Assembly (NCBI GenBank): GCA_032718475.1
Contig: JAUCBJ010003987.1
Coordinates: forward strand, 31,528-95,527
Source: Nemertoderma westbladi
Taxonomy: Eukaryota; Animalia; Xenacoelomorpha
Length of the DNA stretch: 64,000 nt
Direction: 5' to 3'
The stretch's first letter is position 1, and each line of letters starts with the position of its first letter. Shown piece after piece: positions 48,862 to 60,660 of this stretch. Under the pieces are notes generated by a model, which did no database searches, was not told the origin of the DNA, and saw only the letters and a program-made list of their open reading frames with translations. A program made the translations under genes and the position numbers.

Positions 48862-50781
48862 GTTACTATTGGCTACTATACAGCTAAGAGGCATATCCCC
48901 CAGAAACCCAAACGAAAACAGTATGTGCCATGGCAAAACTCTGAGGTTGGTTGTAAGAGAGAAGATCTTAAGAAAGCCTACAAGCTAAGGACGATCTTAA
49001 ATTGGCCTACAACATCAGCCAGGAAAAGTACATCCAGGGTAAAATTGAAGCAATTACAACTGCTCACATACAGCAACAATCAAGACTTACCTGGCAAACT
49101 GTAAATGAGGTATCTGGTCGGAAAAGTTGTGCAAAGGGTCGCCTCAAAGCCGATAGTCCTGAAGAACGTGTTGGGAAGTGGAAAAATCACTTCAGCAACT
49201 TGCTTGGGCAGCCTCCAAACATCGAGGTCAGCCCTACAAGGAAAATATATGACAAGACACTACCTATAGAAACAGTGGACTTCACACCTGCCGAACTCCA
49301 AAGAAGCATTAAAAGCATGTCCAATAATAAAGCGAGTGGATTGGATTAAATCCCAGCGGATGTATGGAAAACAGGAGTGCTAAACAGACCATTATTGAAT
49401 GTTTGCAACCGGATGTTAAAAAGGGAAAAGCCACCACCAATTTGAACTAAAGGTCAACTAAAGCCACTCCCCAAGAAAGGAGACCTCGGCATACCAACAA
49501 ACTATCGTGGGATCTGTCTGCTTGTGGTAGCTGCCAAAATATACAATAAAATGATTCTATATAGGATTAGGCCTCACATAGAGAAACTACTGCGTAAGAG
49601 CCAAAACGGATTTCGACCAAGTAGATCAACAATAGCTCAGATACTTGCACTATGGAGACTGATTGAAGGAATTAAGTCAAAGAATCTCCCCGCAGTCATG
49701 ACTTTTGTGGACTTCAAGAAGGCATTCGACTCCATCCATAGAGGTAAAATGCTTGAAATCCTAAGAGCTTATGGAATACCAGAAGTAATTGTTGCTGGCA
49801 TTGGATTGTTATATTGTGACACAGAAGCGCAGGTACTCTCACCAGATGGTGAAACTGAGTTTTTCTCAATCCTGGCTGGGGTACTGCAAGTTGACACATT
49901 AGCACCTTTACTATTTGTAATTGTGCTGGATTACGCAACGAGGACAGCCACAAAGGGTGAAGACCTGGGATTCACACTTCAAGAATGCAGAAGTAGTAGA
50001 TATCCGGCAACTACAGTCACAGACACTGACTTTGCGGATGACATCGCCCTGCTCTCTAATACCCTAGCAGATGCACAGCTTCTACTAAATAAAGTGGAGA
50101 GGGCTGCTAAGGAGGTTGGATTGCATATAAATGCTACCAAGACCGAATTCATGACCTTTAATGTTGATGGAAACTTGACAACCATTGACAATAATCAACT
50201 AAAAAAGGTTGACGACTTCCAGTACCTTGTATCATGGATAGAGAGTAGCAAAAAGGACATAGAAGTTGGGAAAGCAAAGGCATGGGTAGCTCTATCAAAA
50301 ATGGATACCATCTGAAATCAGATCTCTCCAGACACCTGAAGACTAAGTTCTTTCGAGCCACAGTGGAAAGTGTATTTTTATATGGGGGTGAGACCTGGAC
50401 ACTGACTAAATCACTTGAACAACGAATTTATGGTTGCTACACAAGACTACTAAGGGCAGCCCTAAACATCAGCTGGAGACAATACATGACAAACGCCGAG
50501 CTTTATGGTACAATACCACCTGTATCAACCACCCTCCGTGAAAGCAGATTAAGATTCAGTGGGCACTGCTGGCGAAGTAAAGACGAGGTCATACCAGATC
50601 TACTTTTCTGGCAACCAACTCATGGAAAGCGTAGTCATGGACGACCAGCCATAAGATATATAGATAAACTTGAAAGGGATACTGAACTTGGGAGAAATGA
50701 AATTGCGACAACTATGGAGAATCGGGAAGCCTGGATGGATCTCATTTCCACTGTCCGAGTTCGCTCGACCTAGCAGTAGTA
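48862..50781 (+). mobile_element. 5'-truncated RTE LINE with TSD
   Basis: RT motifs QNGFR, VDFKKAFDS, DTLAP and DFADD. C-terminus RLRFSGHCWR. (TAG)n tail. TSD GTACTATTGGCTT at 48849 and 50782. Confidence 0.92.
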
Positions 50782-50886
50782 GTACTATTGGCTTCCAAAT
50801 TTTTTTCAACATATTTTCTATTTAATCTAGAGCAGATTTTTATCAAGATTCCAGATTTCAAAACAGTTGAGCAAGAACTTTCATAT

Positions 50887-50990
50887 TTCTCGAGATATTG
50901 CTGTTTGTCTTAATTCTCGAAATATTACTGTCTGTCTTAATTCTCGAGATATTGCTGTCTGTCTTAATTCTCGAGATATTGCTGTCTGTC
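50887..50990 (+). repeat. 27-bp tandem repeat, about 4 copies
   Basis: TTCTCGAGATATTGCTGTCTGTCTTAA repeated. Confidence 0.85.
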
Positions 50991-51669
50991 AATTTGACTG
51001 CCGTTCTATCCATCAGTAGGTCTCTAAAACAATAGAAAACATACTATCTGTCTAAAAAATTTCGTAATTGGTTTTCTTGGTCTCTGTCTCCTCGTCGTTT
51101 CTCTACTGCATGCATGTCAGTCAAAATTTTACCGGAATTAATGGACAATTTGTAAGTTCGAAAATTTTAAATCTGATCACACTTGAAATGAATTCTACGA
51201 CCAAGAAATCCCTCTAATTCCCGGCCCTCAATCATTCGCAGCTCATAAATGTCTTATCAAAGTTGGGGTTCCACGCAACAGAAACAGCGTGCAACTTATT
51301 AAAAGTTATTTAACCGACAGACTACAAAGAGTTACTTCTATATACAAACGAATACCGGGTTTTAATATCTGACAAAGCCAATACTCTTCATTATGTGGTC
51401 AACACGGCAATATACATTATGGAATGGACGATCTGACTGAAGCAACTAACAAACTAACACTAAAAAGAAAGAAAACATCTGAATCATACAACTATCACCA
51501 AAGATGACCGCAGCATTATTGGCAATACTAAACCAATCATAAAGTATAAACTATCTCGGAGTAGTAATCGAAAGCAAATTGAGTGTAAAGAACAAATATA
51601 TACTTTGGAAATTATGGGTTCCATAGAGGTCCTGGAACCATGGAGCCCATTTTGGCTCTCTTTCCATAA

Positions 51670-52850
51670 TTATGGAGTTATCAAAAAAAGAAAGACAGGC
51701 ATCTGGCTGTTATCTTTGTTGACTTCTTCAAGGCCTTTGATTCAGTCTCTCGATTAAGTAAGTATGTTCAGCATACTTTCATTATATGGGATTCCTGATG
51801 AAATTATTGCAGCAATCAGATCAGCATACAATAGTTTGACAACATTTGTGTCTGCGGTTGTCTGTGACACAGAACCACTCGAAGTGTCCTCCAGGGAGAC
51901 ACACTTCCGCCATTCTTGTTATAATTGTGGTTGACTATATTCTGCGCATGTCCTTAGATAATAATAATGATGATGACTCCATCTTCTGGCTCCAGAAGTC
52001 GAGGAAATCCTGTCAAGTACCTAACTACCTAACTGATTTAGACTTTGCCAATGACTTTTCTCATAGTCACTCATAGTTTCTCATAGACTTTTCTCATCGG
52101 AGAGTCTCAGAATCACTAGAAGGAGCCTAACGGCTCCTCAGCTCATTAGAACCGGCTGCTTCTAGTGTTCTAGTGTTTGACTTTTTATTAACTCCAAAAC
52201 GACCAAAATTTTGAAAGTTAACTTTGAAAGTCCTCAGCAAGTCTCTGACCTGATGAGCATAGGTTCAAAGGATGGAATGCTTGAGCATGTTTACGACTTC
52301 TGTTACATGGGATCATGGATCCAGAAGTCAGGTGAGGACCTTCGAATACGTAAGGGAAAGGCATGGGCAGCCTTGAACGGGCTTTCCAGGATTTTGAAGT
52401 CACAGAGAATTAATCGAAAACTTAAGGTCCGATTATTTAGAGCAGCAGTAGTTCCAGTACTCCTCTATGGGAGTCCATGCTGGGCTCTAACGGCTGAGGA
52501 CACCAAATCTATGGATGGCACCTTTACAAGAATGCTACGTCGGGTTCATTTGTCAAGTACAATGCACACATCTCCAACCAGACACTATATAACATTGGAG
52601 GTGTCTCATTGGTAACCCCAAACTTCACACTAGAATAATGCCGCCTCAGCTTTGCAGGACATTGTTTTCGCCGTGAGGACCAGCCTGTGCACAATCTTGT
52701 CCTTTGGCAGCCCCATGAAAAAAATAAGCATGGTGGACTGCCCATGACATTCGTCAGACGCCTCCTAAATGACACTGGCCTTGAAGATGCGGATAATCTT
52801 GGGAAAGTCACGGGGGGTAGGGAGTTGTGGCGTTGCAACTTTATTGATAA
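51670..52850 (+). mobile_element. Decayed RTE LINE (second family)
   Basis: FVDFFKAFDS, TDLDFAND, FCYMGSW, LKVRLFRA..VLLYG and FAGHCFR. Confidence 0.8.
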
Positions 52851-55800
52851 GTGTTGCATACCTAATGCATCGGGCTTGCCAACTGTGGATTGCATGGTGG
52901 TGATAAAATGTTTTTGTTAAGCTGGCATAGCATCTCAATGTCCAGTTTAAGTGCAGCAGGCCTGTGTGGCGCGTAAACAATCGAGAATGGATGTAATAAC
53001 TATTATTATACCTGAGCCTCATCTGCCTGTGACTAGAGAATAGGGCCATCACCATAATCTATGCGGATCGTTCAAAATGGTCAATTTAGTAAAATTATAT
53101 GTGAAAGTAAATAGGCCGAGCAGTAAATTAAGCCAATTTTAACAATAAATTTAATAAATTATTATGCGATGGTGAACTGTTGTTTAACCTGTCGAAGATA
53201 AAATGCACCTATAATTTATTAATACAGTTGTGTTCTGCAATTCTTTGTAATTGATTTATTTCCGTAGACAAACCAACCACCACACGTTTACCGCAAACAT
53301 GATTAGTATGGGTGGTGTATTTGGAAAGGTACAGAATAAAGCCAAGGTCAGATTACGAAGTTAAGCAAATATGCATTACTTTCATTTCAAGTACTAATAT
53401 ATAATAAATTCAAGAGCAGTCCATGTGCATTTATCTTATCACAATCGTATTAAACAATAATTCCGTAATAGGTTTCAGTGAAGTTTATAGATTTTATTCA
53501 TATACAATTATTGCATATAGATTAATCAGACCAGTCGCTATTAAGGTGATGTGAAGGCTTGATATTTGGTGCACGCGCAGGTAACATATTGATGTTGATA
53601 AATCTATTCAAAGTTCGTTGTTTAATCTCTGTAACTTTCATGTTAGTGGTATGAGTTATACCACAATCCTTTATCACGACATACTCTATATATATATACA
53701 TACATACACTTCCTGGTTTACTTTGGGATGAAGGGGGGGGTATGTTGAATGTGACACCATTTTGGAACTGTATAAAAAAATGTACAAATTAAAAAAATGT
53801 AATATTTTTATCTTTACAATTATTACTCAAACAGAGCCTTAAACTTATACAAATTTGAATTTAAGGTTTTACAAATTGTATTCAAATCTCCCTCTACCAA
53901 AACAAACAATAATTATTTCTCCTAATTTGTTGTTTCCAATTTTATATCATTGTTTCCCTGGCTAACTAATAATAGTAAAATGTGTTATATAGGTGGTTTT
54001 TAAAAAATTACTTTATCATACGGTCGATGTAAAACTATGGCTTATAGGTGGTTTTGAACCCATAAATACAGAAGTTTTACGTGGGAGTATGTATGGCCTT
54101 CTAAGTTTGTTATTGAGATTCAGAATATGTTTTATCATAAAGAAAGGCAACAATCTCCATTTCAGCAACAATGGCGTAAGAAATTTGAATTTTATTGAAA
54201 TTTAAGGGGGGGGGGGGGGGGGGGTTACACCATTTTTGGACAACTCTTAGATTTGTCACTCTGCCCCATCCATCTATCATATAAAAAAACTTTCATGTGA
54301 TTCAATTTAAAACTGTAAAAGCCTTAGGGTTTTAAAACATTGTTGTCGATCTCGTTTTTATTTAATTTTTTAACAACACTTCACACCCAGTTAATAATAT
54401 TATTATATATTTGTTACTTTATTTATTTATTTATTGTTGTCGGTATAGTTTCGGTTAATAGTGGTAGGCTACCATACTTTGTGTTTTGAGTAGTTTGTCC
54501 TGTAGAATATTATAAAATTTCCAGATATATAATATTAAAGAAAGATTGATCATTATATAATAATAAAGAGTATCACATTATAGTTTAATCTGCAAGCAGT
54601 ACAAACATACTAATTACCAAGGCGTGTGCATTCCTACAAAGGTTTAACAGTAGATAAACTGGGAACTGGGTCACCTCAACCGTAGTCTGTAAAATATAAA
54701 GGTTAATTAATTCAATAATGTTTATATGTTTTTATCGATTATTTAGCAAATATTTATTTAACATCTGTTCACAATATGTGCAACATGTATTATTATTTAT
54801 TTTTATATTTTAATATTAAAGGAAATTAAGTCATTATTACAATAGGAACAAGTTCACAGGCCATTAACACAGCTGCACGATGTACCTTCCTCAAAAGTGC
54901 TCCTGCTATAGTTAGCAGGAGGCATTCTGCTCTAACTCGAACTGTAGTTGTGTGACATAAACTTAATCCTAGAAAAGTGTATGTATGTATAGGTTATGTG
55001 TGGGGCGAGCAACGAAAGTAAGCGAGCTTAGCATACAGGTACCACTAACTCAATCGGTGTGTCTGTTGCTCTGTGGGGCGAGCCACGAAGTGACTGAGCC
55101 TTATCGTAAAGGTACCATTAATCAACCTGTCGTTCTGTTGATCTGTCGCTATTTTTGCAGTGTTCAATTTTGAACGTTAATAACTCGATCAATCCTTGAT
55201 GAAATGTAACCAAACTTGGTAGACAAATAGTCTGTCAAAAGTTTAGAAATTTTCCAAGTTGAATTTGCTTAGGGCCTTCGTGCAGCACCAGTGTAAATGT
55301 CTTACAGTTATAATAAATTTATTTATCCAAAATTATAACGCTTGACATCAGCGGGTTGCTAGAAGACTAAATCAGCTGGGTTTCTGGCAAATTACGAAAT
55401 TACAGTAATACCATTGTGGCCTGTCTGCCTGTACCGGTACTATACTCAATCCCTGAATCCAGGAATCCTGCAATCAGACAATACTGCAATACCATTTTGT
55501 GTTCGTTGTTTTATGCTAAAAACTGGCAATATTTCATATTGTATGTTTCTGTATAATTTCCAATATATATTCCCATTGCAGGCATTTGAAGCGAATGCGG
55601 TTTAATTTGTTAACACAAGCTCTGTGTCTAGTGGCGAAAATAATAGTATTATAATAAGTATGGCTTACTTGAGTTATTCTCAAACAAAAATTTTCAATAA
55701 AATGGATCATATGATAGACTTACTTACCACTTATAATACTGCTATATTCAAAGTTAGGCACAGTGCTCATTATGCTGGTATTAACATAGGAGGGGCTAGA

Positions 55801-55932
55801 CTTCGGGTAATAACCTGCCTGCACTTATTGCTATCAATTGTAACCTTAGGTTGATAAAATTTAATTGTATGTTAGGTGTAACAAGTACTGGTTTAAATAA
55901 AGCGACAGAAAACATAATATTTTGTGAGAAAA

Positions 55933-57204
55933 ATGGATGCTTCTACCCCAAAAACAAATGATGATGATGCAGTTGAGCTAACCAATCCTGTTTATGAGTT
56001 AACAAGGACGGGTAATGAAAACCCATCAGTTATTGAAGAAGGCGTATATGATGTGCCTGATCCGATAATCAGAAAAAAAACTCTCCAAACCAAGGGTGAT
56101 AAACTTGATCAGAGAAATCCAACGAAATGCCAGTGGATAACTATAATTATAACACTTATTGGACTACTAGTGTTGATGGCTGCGTTGGCAAGGATTTCTT
56201 TTTTCATGGTAAATAATCAAACAGACCAAAGAGAAATCGAAATGAAGATGACGGATTTGGCAGACAACAGGAAAGAAAAAGAAAAGGCAGTAGCTGAGCA
56301 ACTAGATCTTCTAACTAGCAACTTTAATGGAAACATCGAAAACAAAAATGATATACTTAATAATAGTCTAATTGATCACGCCAACATATTCAAAGACGTT
56401 ATTAAGGGAAATGAAAATACATTTAATGATTCTGTTAGTAAGAATACTGAAACGTTGAGAAATAAACTCAATGAACAAAGTGATATATTTGGTGGGAAAG
56501 TAAATGAACAATCAAATGAATTCATTGGTAAGATTGATGAACAAAAGGAAGCAATACTTCTCGCAATAGGAGTTCTTCCAAATAACCTTTGTCCCAGTTT
56601 CCAACTGAATAATACTCTTCACGTATACAATAGTCAACATGGACTAAATGGTTTAATCAGGTGTGACACCATGGTTCCAGGTGGTCCTTGGTTGGTGATT
56701 CAAAAGAGAGCTAATGGAGCTGTTAACTTCTATCGGGATTGGGCAAATTATAAGTCTGGATTCGGTGACGTTAGAGGCGAATTTTGGTTAGGGTTGGATA
56801 CCATACACAATCTTACTGCTGGAGGGGTTAAACTGAGAGTAGATCTATGGTATAATGGGAAATATGGATTTGCGGAATATTCCTCATTCCGAGTTGGTTC
56901 GGAAAGCACACGTTATACTATAGGAGTCTCTGGATACCGAGGGACTGCAGGGGATGCTCTGCTACCTGGTGATCCCACTGACAATAATTGGATAGATGGT
57001 CAGCCCTTCACCACAAAGGATAACGACAACGATGCATTAGATTTTAAAAACTGCGCTGTGCATTTCAATGGTGCATGGTGGTATAAAAGTTGTTCCCACG
57101 CTAATTTGAATGGGATTTACAATGACCCAATGCATGGGCCTTGGTGGAGGGAGTTCACTTCTCTAAATCCTGCAGAGATGATTGAAATGAAAATCACTAT
57201 CTAA
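55933..57204 (+). CDS. FReD-4: type II membrane fibrinogen-related-domain protein (class A), about 423 aa
   Basis: ATG at 55933 aligns with the FReD-1 start (the ORF track begins at an upstream GTG). NPVY, YDVP, TM with ALARISFF, and a complete FReD. Confidence 0.93.
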   Translation: MDASTPKTNDDDAVELTNPVYELTRTGNENPSVIEEGVYDVPDPIIRKKTLQTKGDKLDQRNPTKCQWITIIITLIGLLVLMAALARISFFMVNNQTDQREIEMKMTDLADNRKEKEKAVAEQLDLLTSNFNGNIENKNDILNNSLIDHANIFKDVIKGNENTFNDSVSKNTETLRNKLNEQSDIFGGKVNEQSNEFIGKIDEQKEAILLAIGVLPNNLCPSFQLNNTLHVYNSQHGLNGLIRCDTMVPGGPWLVIQKRANGAVNFYRDWANYKSGFGDVRGEFWLGLDTIHNLTAGGVKLRVDLWYNGKYGFAEYSSFRVGSESTRYTIGVSGYRGTAGDALLPGDPTDNNWIDGQPFTTKDNDNDALDFKNCAVHFNGAWWYKSCSHANLNGIYNDPMHGPWWREFTSLNPAEMIEMKITI

Positions 57205-57540
57205 TGACGTTTTTCCTCTCTTATAAAATTTTTTTTTATAACAATTATTAGAAATCTATTTATAATCTTCCCCATTATAAAATTAAATTACTAACATCAG
57301 TGATTCGCAGTTTTAGACCAATTAGTAGTGTAAATGTGTGATAGATTTTAAGATTGTGTTTAATTGATGATATACACAGTAGAGTTTATATTACTAAATG
57401 TATTGTATTTTGGTAAGAATATAAAAAATTTTATTTATCATTATTTATATATAATAATATATATCTATTTATAATAAATTATTGTAGGAAGATATATTAC
57501 TTGAATATATAAGAAACCGCAGTGAGTTAAGGGATCCGGT

Positions 57541-59130
57541 ATATATTTTGTAAGCATAAAATAATAAATAAATAAAATATTATTTTAAATATACCTAGAT
57601 CCACCTCAGAAAAAATTAATATATTACTTTATTACTAGCTTTCGATATAATAAGTATATCTGTTTCAAGTGTTGAAAACCAACTATTTATAAATAAAATA
57701 AATTAACAATATAAGCACAATTTAAAATTCTAGAAAGTTTGTTTACGTCTTTCCTATTTCGTGTTTCTCAGGCGAACCGATTTAACTATGAGTTGAATAC
57801 ATCTACACCGAAATCATTTACTACTGCCTCGTTGATGGTGTTCAACCCGAATGGTTTTACTGTTAGCAAAGTACATTGCCCAAAGTCCTCCCTGTTCCTT
57901 AGTTCGCTAGTTTGATCTTTTATGTTTCTCGATTTAAATTTGACGTTATCAATGGGTGTAATTTTTAAAATTCCGCAAAATTGTGTCCAACCTGTTCACA
58001 GAAATGAAGTTCAATTGAAGGCATAGGTTTATTTATTGTTTACAATCTTGCTTTTATAATTTCTAATTCTTGCTTTTAGGTCGGTTGTCGATCCTACCCC
58101 TTGTAAGTTGCATTTTTCACACCTTACCAGATAAAAAACATTCTTAATGTCATAAGTAAAATTTCCTTTAATTAGATATCTCTTTTTGTTCAGTGGGGTC
58201 GTTGTTGTTAAATTCTTTAAATAGATTTATAGAGGTTGAATAGATTCACAAGGATTACATCTTCTTCGTTTACACTTCGTAGCACCAACCAAGTCACTTC
58301 TATTACTGTAGTTATTGGTTTGAGGATGCAATCATTGTTTTCAAAGTTGGGGCCCTTCGATGTACTACTCTAAACTCATAATTCACATAATTGAGCTTGC
58401 GTGTAAATTACCTTGTCATTCAATATACTTGCGTTTTTGCTTATTATTTCCGCCAGATATCCTAGTTTTGGAGCCACCTCAGCTACGTAGTAAATTGGTT
58501 TCTTCTTGTTATCGTTTTGGCGTTTTTTTCTGTTCTAGTGCTTGTTTTTGCGTCATAATTAGAGTCTTTCCAAATTGTTCACACACATCCTGAATATTCC
58601 ACCCCCTAGCAACAAAATGCTGATCCATATTCGGTTAAAGAATTAAATAAGTCATTAAATTGTGAACTGTTTCTTCTCAGTTTTAACCCCAACTACGTAC
58701 GGAATAAATTTTAGTTTGGGTTGGTGTGCAGAGCTTGGGCAAATGTATTGGTGAACATTTGTTGGTTTACTGTACTGTACACCTTTGTTTGAATAAAACC
58801 TCTCTCATCTATGTAAATTGTAAGATCTAAATAGTTAACTGTTCTACCTCTCTCTTCTAATTTAAATTTTATTTTTCATTGTTTAACCATGGCGTTTAGA
58901 TAAATACAATGCATTGTAGAAGCCTTAGAGATTTGCTTGAATAGCAATAATTGTGCTTATATTGTTAATTTATTTAATTTATAAATAGTTGGTTTTCAAC
59001 ACTTGAAACAGATTTACTTATTATATCGAAAGCTAGTAATAAAGTAATATATTATTTTTTCTGAGGTCGATCTAGGTTTATTTAAAATAATATTTTATTT
59101 ATTTAATATTTTACGCTTACAAAAATATAT
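57541..59130 (-). mobile_element. Decayed Penelope-like element (RT thumb plus GIY-YIG) with about 180-bp inverted pseudo-LTRs
   Basis: Minus-strand translation gives FVARGW, KCKRRRCNPC and KNVFYLVRCEKCNLQGVGSTTDLKARIRNY. 57541-57722 is the reverse complement of about 58949-59130. Confidence 0.8.
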
Positions 59131-59160
59131 ATTTATAATATATATATATATATTATAGAC

Positions 59161-59602
59161 TATAATTTTGAGTTGAACGAATTATGTTTTTGACAGACCA
59201 ATATCAAGCAAGTAAAATTATTTGGAAACAGAGAAACAACATGTTCCTATCTGTTCAACCGTAAGTAGTCATTGTTTTATTTAAGCAGGGACACAAAGCG
59301 CAACCCTGTTTAAATACTATAAGTAAAATTATCACATTGGTTACATTTTTGCAATGTGTTTCGCTGCACGGGTTAGTGTAGCTGATGAGCCAAATCCCGG
59401 CGAAACACATGCAAAAATGTAACCAATGTGATAATTTTACTTATAGTATTTAAACAGGGTTGCGCTTTGTGTCCCTGCTTAAATAAAATGATGACTACTT
59501 ACGGTTGAACAGATAGGAACATGTTGTTTCTCTGTTTCCAAATAATTTTACTTGCTTGATATTGGTCTGTCAAAAACATAATTCGTTCAACTCAAAATTA
59601 TA
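59161..59602. repeat. Near-perfect 200-bp-arm palindrome with a hammerhead-core-like spacer
   Basis: Arms 59161-59363 and 59401-59602 differ at about 3 positions. The centre contains CTGATGA-GCC..GGC-GAAAC. Confidence 0.9.
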
Positions 59603-60660
59603 TATAAGAGACCGGATCATGCTGAACATGGTTGTATAAAATGCCTTCCTATTATTTTATTTTTATTATATATATTATAGATATATATTTATAAATATAT
59701 ATCTATATTTATATTGTGCCGATAATTCTACTGTACGTTTAAAGTATAAAATCTATATTCTACTAGTGTTACGCCATCTATTTATTTCTTTCTCAGCCCT
59801 AGTATCCGTTAATAGTATCCTTAGTATCCTAAAATCCGTATAGTTTGACAACCTAACTAACTGTTGTTGTAAGTATAAAATGTATTTATTTATTTGTTTA
59901 TTCATATTTTGAATTATAAAAATTAGTATTTGTGTGTTTTGGGATTTAGTTAAAAGAACCTACTAGCCTAGCATGAATTACGAATTTTTAGCCACAATTG
60001 CTGTACATTTTGACATAGGCTTGGTTTATTGTTTTGGTTGCTGGTGTTTTACAGTACTTTAGATGTTAGCCTTTATTGCCTGCCAAAATTGAACGACTGG
60101 TAAAATTAACGAATATATTTTGTTCCTACTTATTGTGAGCGCTGCTGTTACAAAGGTGTTGAGGTCTCCGCCATAGAATTAAAACATTTGCAATTTTCAA
60201 TTTGGGTTTAAGGGACTATTACCCCGATCAAAAGTGATATTTAATAAAATTTAAAAAAATATATATTTGTGTAGTTTGATAGAATGGCTTTGGTTTGGTG
60301 ATATCGTTATTTTTCACCATAAAACAGCATTTTTCAAAATTTGAACTTTTTGAATTTTTTTCTGGAAAAAATTATTGAAATGTTTTCGTAAATTTTGGCA
60401 ATTTTATATATTTTCATAGATTACTTAAATATGAAAAATTTACTGCAGGGAACTGCAGAATCCAAAATTACACTTAATATTTTGTGTAAACAAGAACAGC
60501 AGTATGAATATCAGTATACTTGATATTCATGACTGTCTATAAAAAATAATTTTTTCTCACTTTGTCGTTTTGACATTTTTCATCATGCATTCTAAAGAAT
60601 CCATAAATTTTTTAAAAATATGAATTATATGCAGAAATTTTCATAAAAGATTGACTACAT

